Source: Glycera tridactyla (Eukaryota). From it: a stretch of 64,000 bases of DNA. A program made the translations under genes and the position numbers. Location: the NCBI GenBank assembly GCA_965644265.1, contig OZ286470.1, forward strand, positions 65,782,001 to 65,846,000. The letters are read 5' to 3'. Positions within the stretch are counted from its first letter, which is position 1; every line of letters starts with the position of its first letter. Of the stretch, positions 57,365 to 64,000 are shown piece after piece. The notes under the pieces are model-generated. The model worked only from the letters and a program-made list of their open reading frames with translations, made no database searches and had not been told where the DNA came from.

Positions 57365-57545
57365 GATTCCGAGCAGCTATCGATGTGTGGCAACACGTGG
57401 AGGATCTGGATGCCATCATTGGTGCAGCGTGTAGTGTTGTCTGTCAGCCTGTCTCTCTCCTCGCAGCAGCGTGGAATATACCGATAATATCCTACTCCTG
57501 TACTAGTAGTGCTCTCTCAAACAAGGACACATACCCCACATTCAC
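57365..57545 (+). CDS. Receptor guanylyl cyclase-like gene 2, exon 2
   Basis: tttgccag|GA ... AC|gtaagt; DAIIGAACSVVCQPVSLLAAAWNIPIISYSCTSSALSNKDTYPTFT. Confidence 0.93.
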
Positions 57546-58360
57546 GTAAGTACATCACTGCACCTTTCTTTCCCATGCCCATTGCATGTAATAATGATCA
57601 TTCGGGAGCAAACCACAACCAGCTGTTTGTTTGTTTGACTGTTTTGACTGATCTCAGCTCAGTACCACTATCAGAGCCTGAGGACTCTGATCTTCCCAGT
57701 ATTGCCGTCAGCTATTCATGAGTGGTTGATCTAACCTTGGCAAGACACAACCCTCTGCCTGCAATTGAATTTTGAACCTTTCTCTTGCATGTGTGTATGC
57801 TGAGGGGGGTATTGGTGCCGCTGGTATGTAGTCACTTATTATCATGCCAATGCTAACCTCAGAGCATTGTTGTTGGATCCCAGATAGGCGCTCACGCCAT
57901 CACCCAGCCCTGGTGGTGTTGTGCCCATGCCTGTTTTTTAGTTATGTAGTTTGTTGCCATTAATGCAGTGTATGGTTCACCCATACTAGTACTGCATCTT
58001 CGCACCCCAGTTGTGGTCACCCATCCCGCGATTAGCTGCAGCCACAGCTGATTCAAATTCCATCACGTGTGAAGACGCAACCAATACACCATGCAGCTCC
58101 CCATGCCGTGTGTTGCTGATCAGTGAAAGGTAGACGTTTTCCCCCCTGCAGACATCTCTCACAAACCCTGAACACATGATGATGGGGATCTGGAAGGTTG
58201 TCAAGTGGATGCAGCTGACAGTACAGACACACCTCTACCAATCTCACATGAATATATTGAACCTAATGATTGCATATATAACTATAGACGGGCTGGAAGC
58301 CAGCTAGCAATGCCTTTTTTAAGCGGACCACTGTACTTTAGGAGATGTTGATGTTTGTAG

Positions 58361-58559
58361 GCGTGTGATGGGGACGGAGGAGATGATAACGCCGCTACTC
58401 AATGCGCTGATGGACGAGTTTGGCTGGGAGAGATGTGCTGTTATATCCACCCCGGAGGACCTCCACACCAGAGTCGCCCTAGAGATGAAAACCATGCTCG
58501 AAAGGGCCGGCAAACGAGTCTATTACCACGTGATCAAACCTCCCATGGATGGCCACACG
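58361..58559 (+). CDS. Receptor guanylyl cyclase-like gene 2, exon 3
   Basis: tttgtag|G ... ACG|gtattg; RVMG...LMDEFGWERCAVIS; phases 2/0 fit the neighbouring exons. Confidence 0.9.
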
Positions 58560-59714
58560 GTATTGATTGATTGTTTTTGTTTTGTTTACGTTGGTCACAT
58601 GTATACAGAAATACAAAACATTGGAGCATTTCCGGGTTGACGAAAATAGATACCGTGAACAAAATCCAATTCACTTCGATGATATGATATGGTGATACAG
58701 AAAATACTATGTCAATCTTATATCAATGATTATGATATTAACACACACACACATGACTAAGATGAAGATGATATGATAAAAAATGATGTTGAGATGAGTT
58801 TTCTTTCACATGCATAAATCATCAATGACATTTTCTGCGCCCCTAAGAAGCCTCGTTGAATCAGAAGCAAGAAAATTGTATTCGTCGAAGAACAAGTCCA
58901 AAAGATACCCTCCAATATAGTAGAATATAGACTCTGAAACGGTAGGTTGTGTCGTCCTCTTCAAATAATATCAGAACTGATACCTTGAGTGTCTTTGATT
59001 TTCACAAGTTTTTTTAATTATCCCACCAATGCCCATTGCATGGGCGTCTCACCATATCCCAGGTGGTGCTGGCAGGAAGTAAAACTATCAAACAACCGAC
59101 ATCAAATCACAGGTTTTGAGAGATCCGAGCAGTATTACTGGTGAAAAATCGCTGTATGGGTGGGTCTGTGGATGGATTGATGGATGAATGGATGGATGGA
59201 TGGATTGATGGATGAATGAATGGATGGGTAGGCAGAGAGACAGACCGACGGACAGATGGACGAACGGGAGAGCGGACAGACAGATAGATAGATAGGCTGT
59301 GACAAATTCCTTTTCTCAATGCCGGTTGAAGGCCAGATAGCAACAGCCGTTGGCCAGTTCTGTGCATAGCTGACACCAATCTAAAGCCCCACTTATTTCA
59401 CCAGTTACCTGGAATATATTTGGCCCGCAGATCCAGGGATCGACGTGCTTCCAGGGCCATGAAAGGGAGAAAGCATTGTTTGTCTGAGTATCTAGATGAA
59501 GCGAAATATACAGGTGATTTAACAGACTCCTGCTGGGTCATTGCATTCCATTGCTGACAGACATAGAGATCCACATAGCCCAGAAAAATGGCTTTATGTG
59601 TTTACATGTTCACTTCCTCTAATTACTCATTTAATTTTGATGGGCCCATCTCATCCCGGAATAATATTGGGTGAAATTGACTCATTGAAGTCATCTTCCC
59701 CTGTCTTGGAGCTA

Positions 59715-59874
59715 CAGTCGAACCTGCTCTAAATAACACCTCTCTATAAAGACCACCTGAGCTGCGACCGTGGTAGTATTTTCAACAGTAAATGACCTCT
59801 CTATAAAGACCACCTGCCTATAAAGACCACTTTTTGATGCGACCGAAGGCGGTCTTTATAGACAGGTTCGACTG
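59715..59874. mobile_element. MITE with perfect 12-bp TIR and TA TSD
   Basis: TA|CAGTCGAACCTG ... CAGGTTCGACTG|TA. Confidence 0.9.
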
Positions 59875-61683
59875 TATGCTTTAACATATCCCCATACATG
59901 ATCGTCCACTCTATTTGTACCCTCCCTTATGGAGGTTCGCTACAGTTAGAAATTTAGTTGCCACATCCTTGAAATTCTCAGAATTGATGGAGTTTCATGT
60001 GGGAATAAAGAAAATGCTGAAAAAAGTATGGGTCACCAGCCTTGTTTTTGTACCACGGGCCATTGAAAATACTTAGAATTGGCAAATATCTGACTTGGAA
60101 GTCACAAATGACTGATTTTCACTTCTTTATTAAGAAAAATTGAAAGAGCCACAATTCCTTAAAGTTTGGAGTTGATCTTCAATTGAGACAATATTCCCGA
60201 TGAATAGGTATGCTCAATCAGCATGATCAGACTCATTTCATCCATTTTTTCTGCAAAATACTAATGACGCCAACACTGAGATTTTGATGTTTTTTGTAGG
60301 AAGAAAAGACATTTGTGCTATTTTTGAATAGAACTTGCTGCGGTTCTAATTTTCACAAATGATGTAGCCTATTATGTATGAAACTGAAAAAGATGGAGAT
60401 AAACATACCTTACCAGCCTATATTTTGTGCTATATTGAGTTGAACAATGCCATAAATATCGAAAAATATTGAAAAAAAAGACCAAAATGTGAGGAATTTT
60501 TCGGTGGGAGATCCTCTGCATATAGATATTATAGACCTATATTTGTTAGCTTGAATAATGCTTCAGTCCATATGATTTCTGTTAAATATGTGTTTTATTA
60601 AATTTTTCACATGAAATCTAATTATCATTAGAGACAAACTATGCCAAATCAACAAATGGCTCCCGCTCAACCATCTCCAATCTGGTTCTTATTTTTTTCC
60701 CTCGTAGCCTCTATGGCCAAATGGAAAAGTGTGAAATCTTGCATCTGTACTCCTAATAGTTTCTGAGATACAGCCTCTCGAAAAAGGGGGCGTGGCACCT
60801 TTTTACTGGAGAAACATCATCAAATGAGTTTTTTGGTGATTTTGAATGACTATATCTCCATCAATTCTTGGAGTAGGACCTTCAAATGTTCTGTGGGCGC
60901 AGACTGGGTAATAATTGATGGGAAAACATTAATAGAACAATTCTCAGGTGCTTACTTTTTTCCACAAAAATTCTCAGATTTGCTCCCCATTTAGCATGTC
61001 GAAAATCAGCTAGGGTGTTGACATCCCCGAAAATCAACTTTCCAATATTGGGATATGCTTGAGTATATTTTCATCTGAAAATGGACCTGTCTCCCTTTGC
61101 AAAAGCCCTGTATCATCAGCCAGATTGATAAATATTTTCAGATAAACACTCAGTTGTGAGTGAAAATTTGATTTTGCCGTTTTCGAGGCATTATTCAGCG
61201 AGCAATATGACCTGGTGGTCTATCATGAAAATAAATGAAACCCATACTCTTTTGATCCTGATATCATAGGCTAATTTTGGGAAAAGGTTTCATTGATTAC
61301 ACTTAGTTCCTTCATCTGAAAAAAATCCTAGAAAATGCACCTTTTTCTGATAGAATATCATTAATATGGTTTTTTGGTAACTTTGATTTGCTCTATCTTC
61401 CATAATTTCTTAGAGTAGGGCTTCCAAATTTTAATGGTTACAGATTGAATACCATATGATGGCAAAACACCAGCAGATCTATTGATAGGTGCTTACTTTT
61501 TCCTACAGAAATGTTCAGATTTGCTTCATATTTAACGTATCAAAAAGCAACTTGGCTATTCACATCACCAAAAATCAACTTTCTGAAATTATGGCATGAT
61601 TGTTGATATTTCCATTTGACAATGAACTCCTACCTCTACCCAAAAAAACTCTGTGACATTAGCCATGGTGATGTCAAGGCAGG

Positions 61684-61770
61684 TGATGATGATGATGATG
61701 ATGAGGAGGAGGAGGAGGAGGAGGAGGAGGAGCAGCAGGAAGAGGAAGAGGAAGGAGGAGGAGAGAGTGA
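61684..61770. repeat. (GAT)n/(GAG)n simple repeat
   Basis: Trinucleotide runs. Confidence 0.9.
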
Positions 61771-62029
61771 TGATACTGATGAAAATACAATGCTAACCAA
61801 CCATACTGGGCAGTTGTTATGTTACCCGGCAGGTGGCAATTAGAGGTAATAACCCGCAACCCCGCTACCAGTGGACCCTATGACCTTTACTCCCGGCTAA
61901 ACTGCCGCGAGCCTCCTTATGTTGTGTACCATGTTCTGTAGCTTTATTGCATTGTAGGGATGATGCTCAAATGTACTTGACCAAATGTGCAATAACGATA
62001 GCTTGTTCTCATTCCTAATGTGTTTTCAG

Positions 62030-62402
62030 CCCAATCTCTTAGCTATAGATGAAATGAACCTGATTCTTCGCACAATCAAGGACAAGGCACGATTCATCTG
62101 TCTGTTCATGTATACATACAATAAGCGGGTATTCCTGGTCAATGCTTACGATGAGGGCATGGTCAACGGCGAGTATGTCTACTTCGGGAACGATATGTCG
62201 GAAGTCACGGAAGATTCGCTCGTGTATCGCTCGGAGATTGACATCATGATGCTAGTCGAAGGGTTCCTCACGCTCACCCCCTCGGAGACTAGTGGTTCCC
62301 GGGTTGACCAGCTGAATGCGGACATCGTGTCGGCCTTCCAGCATCCCCTCTTTGAAGGATTCCACAATACAGCCAGCATTAATCAGACCAACTATTTCGC
62401 AG
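62030..62402 (+). CDS. Receptor guanylyl cyclase-like gene 2, exon 4 (paralog of 840-1212); gene continues beyond the window
   Basis: ttttcag|CCC ... GCAG|gtaagt; ARFICLFMYTYNKRVFLVNAYDEGMVNGEYVYFGND. Confidence 0.93.
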
Positions 62403-62449
62403 GTAAGTGGGGATGACCTCTCCACCTCTCTCTCTCTCTCTCTCTCTCT

Positions 62450-62900
62450 CTCCGTCTCTCTCTTTGTCTCTGTCTGTCTGCCTGTCCATCCATCTATCTA
62501 ACTATGTAACTATGTATCTATCCCCCTCTCCCCCCCCCTCTCTCTCTTTCTCCCTCCCTCTCCCTTCTCCCCCTCTGTCTTTGTCTCTGTCTGTCCATCC
62601 ATCTCATCCATCCCACTGTCTCTCAGTCAGCCAGTCTGAATGAATGAATGAATGAATAAATGAATGAATGAAACCCCTCTCTCTCTCCCTCTCTCTCTTT
62701 GTATCTGTCTGTCTGCCTGTCCATCCATCTATCTAACTATGTAACTATGTATCTATCCCCCTCTCCCCCCCCCCCCTCTCTCTCTTTCTCCCTCCCTCTC
62801 CCTTCTCCCCCTCTGTCTTTGTCTCTGTCTGTCCATCCATCTCATCCATCCCACTGTCTGCAGTCAGCCAGTCTGAATGAATGAATGAATGAAACCCCTT
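62450..62900. repeat. ~235-bp tandem duplication of a CT-rich/microsatellite block
   Basis: actatgtaactatgtatctatccccctc at 62501 and 62736. Confidence 0.9.
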
Positions 62901-63589
62901 TTCTCTCCATCCGTTTGTCTGTGATAGACCGACTATTTTTATGAGTTGCTGTCTCCTCCTGCCCTATCCTCTGTCATTTGGGAGGGATTCTTGCAGCGGA
63001 CTTCGCCTATTATCCTCAATCCAAATCATGGTCTGGAGAACTTATCCGAAGAATTCTTCTCCAAAAACAAAGTTAGTAAGTGGGAGAGGTAATAGCGGAT
63101 ATGGTTACATTTCCTTTAGTTTGGTGTTGGGACTTCTCCAAAATGAGAATTCATTGATATCTATTGAAGTGGGTATCTTTGTATATATCGTCTTCTAATG
63201 ACACATAGTAATATAGCCCAAATACACTTCGAAATACATATTATGAAAATACAAACTTAGATAAGAAATACGAATTTAGAAGATGATTGAAATAATTGCG
63301 GTAACTATGTGGTTATATGATTCTCGGATTTAGGGAGATTCGATCATGTATCTCACCTCTTGTATTGACCCATTGTAGAGACTTGCTCCCCCTGACGGCT
63401 AAGTCTTGAAGTTGTTTGATCTTGGAATGACAGGTTTTCCATCAATCTGACACCTGGTGACTGTGCCTTCCGTCAGATTTCGATGACAGAAAATTTAATT
63501 TAGTGTGATGGCAACAGATCAAGAAGTCATTTACATCTCCCGAACTACTTGCTTGATGCGCCTTATGTCTAGGATAGATTATGCATTTG

Positions 63590-63930
63590 CACAATAGTGT
63601 GTTGATGAAGGTTTTCTGCATTCGCATAACGTTGTGTTGATGAATGTTTTCTGCATTTACACCACTTTGTGTTGATGAATGTTTTCTGCATTTACACCAC
63701 ATTGTATCGATGAAGAATTCTGCATTTGCACAACATTGTGTTGATGAAGGTTTTCTGCATTTGCACAACATTGTGTTGAACGTTTTCTGTATTTGCACAA
63801 CATTGTATTGATGAAGATTTTCCGCATTTGCACAAATATTGTGTTGATGAAGGTTTTCTGCATTTGCACCATATTGTGTTAATGAAGATGTTCTGCATTT
63901 GCAAAACGTTGTAATGATGAAGGTTTTCTG
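63590..63930. repeat. ~35-bp minisatellite
   Basis: Unit tgcatttgcacaacattgtgttgatgaaggttttc, about 9 degenerate copies. Confidence 0.92.
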
Positions 63931-64000
63931 CACGATGCTGTATTACTGTGGGCCCATGGCGTGAACCGTACCCTGGCAGGAGGTGCTGCCCCTGATGACG

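Noticed and set aside
61616-61859. Poly-acidic / poly-Pro ORFs
   Set aside because: Intronic trinucleotide repeats without splice support.
63442-63933. Cys/Gln-rich repeat ORFs
   Set aside because: Translations of the 35-bp minisatellite; the unit is not a multiple of 3.

Overview
Eukaryotic (animal, probably marine invertebrate; inference) genomic scaffold with three N-gaps. Two tandem, same-strand paralogous receptor guanylyl-cyclase-like genes flank the window: the 3' half of one (exons 840-9433) and the 5' half of the next (exons 54742-62402, running off the end). Between them lie two full-length virus-like elements. (1) A 16.9-kb Polinton/Maverick (12821-29718) with AGTAGT termini, ~450-470-bp TIRs and a 6-bp TSD (CCCATT). 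It carries Zn-finger-fused pPolB, packaging ATPase, integrase, penton, core-like proteins, major capsid protein and adenain-like protease. An accessory cassette follows: two duplicated Zn-finger genes, two PC4-like genes, a Bcl-2-like ORF with a duplicated BH1-type module and a Cys/His ORF, with adenovirus-like promoter modules. pPolB and the MCP are pseudogenised. (2) A 15.9-kb Ty3/gypsy element on the minus strand (32661-48594) with near-identical 920-bp LTRs and an F-type (baculovirus F/errantivirus-like) env. Its unusual features are TA...TA termini inside a (TA)n tract, an in-frame TAG between gag and pol, a separate antisense ORF in the pol-env spacer and a 1-kb insertion in gag. The rest is LINE and Penelope remnants, a CAGTCGAACCTG MITE family, mini/microsatellites and unnamed dispersed repeats. 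All calls come from manual motif and alignment reading; no database searches were run.
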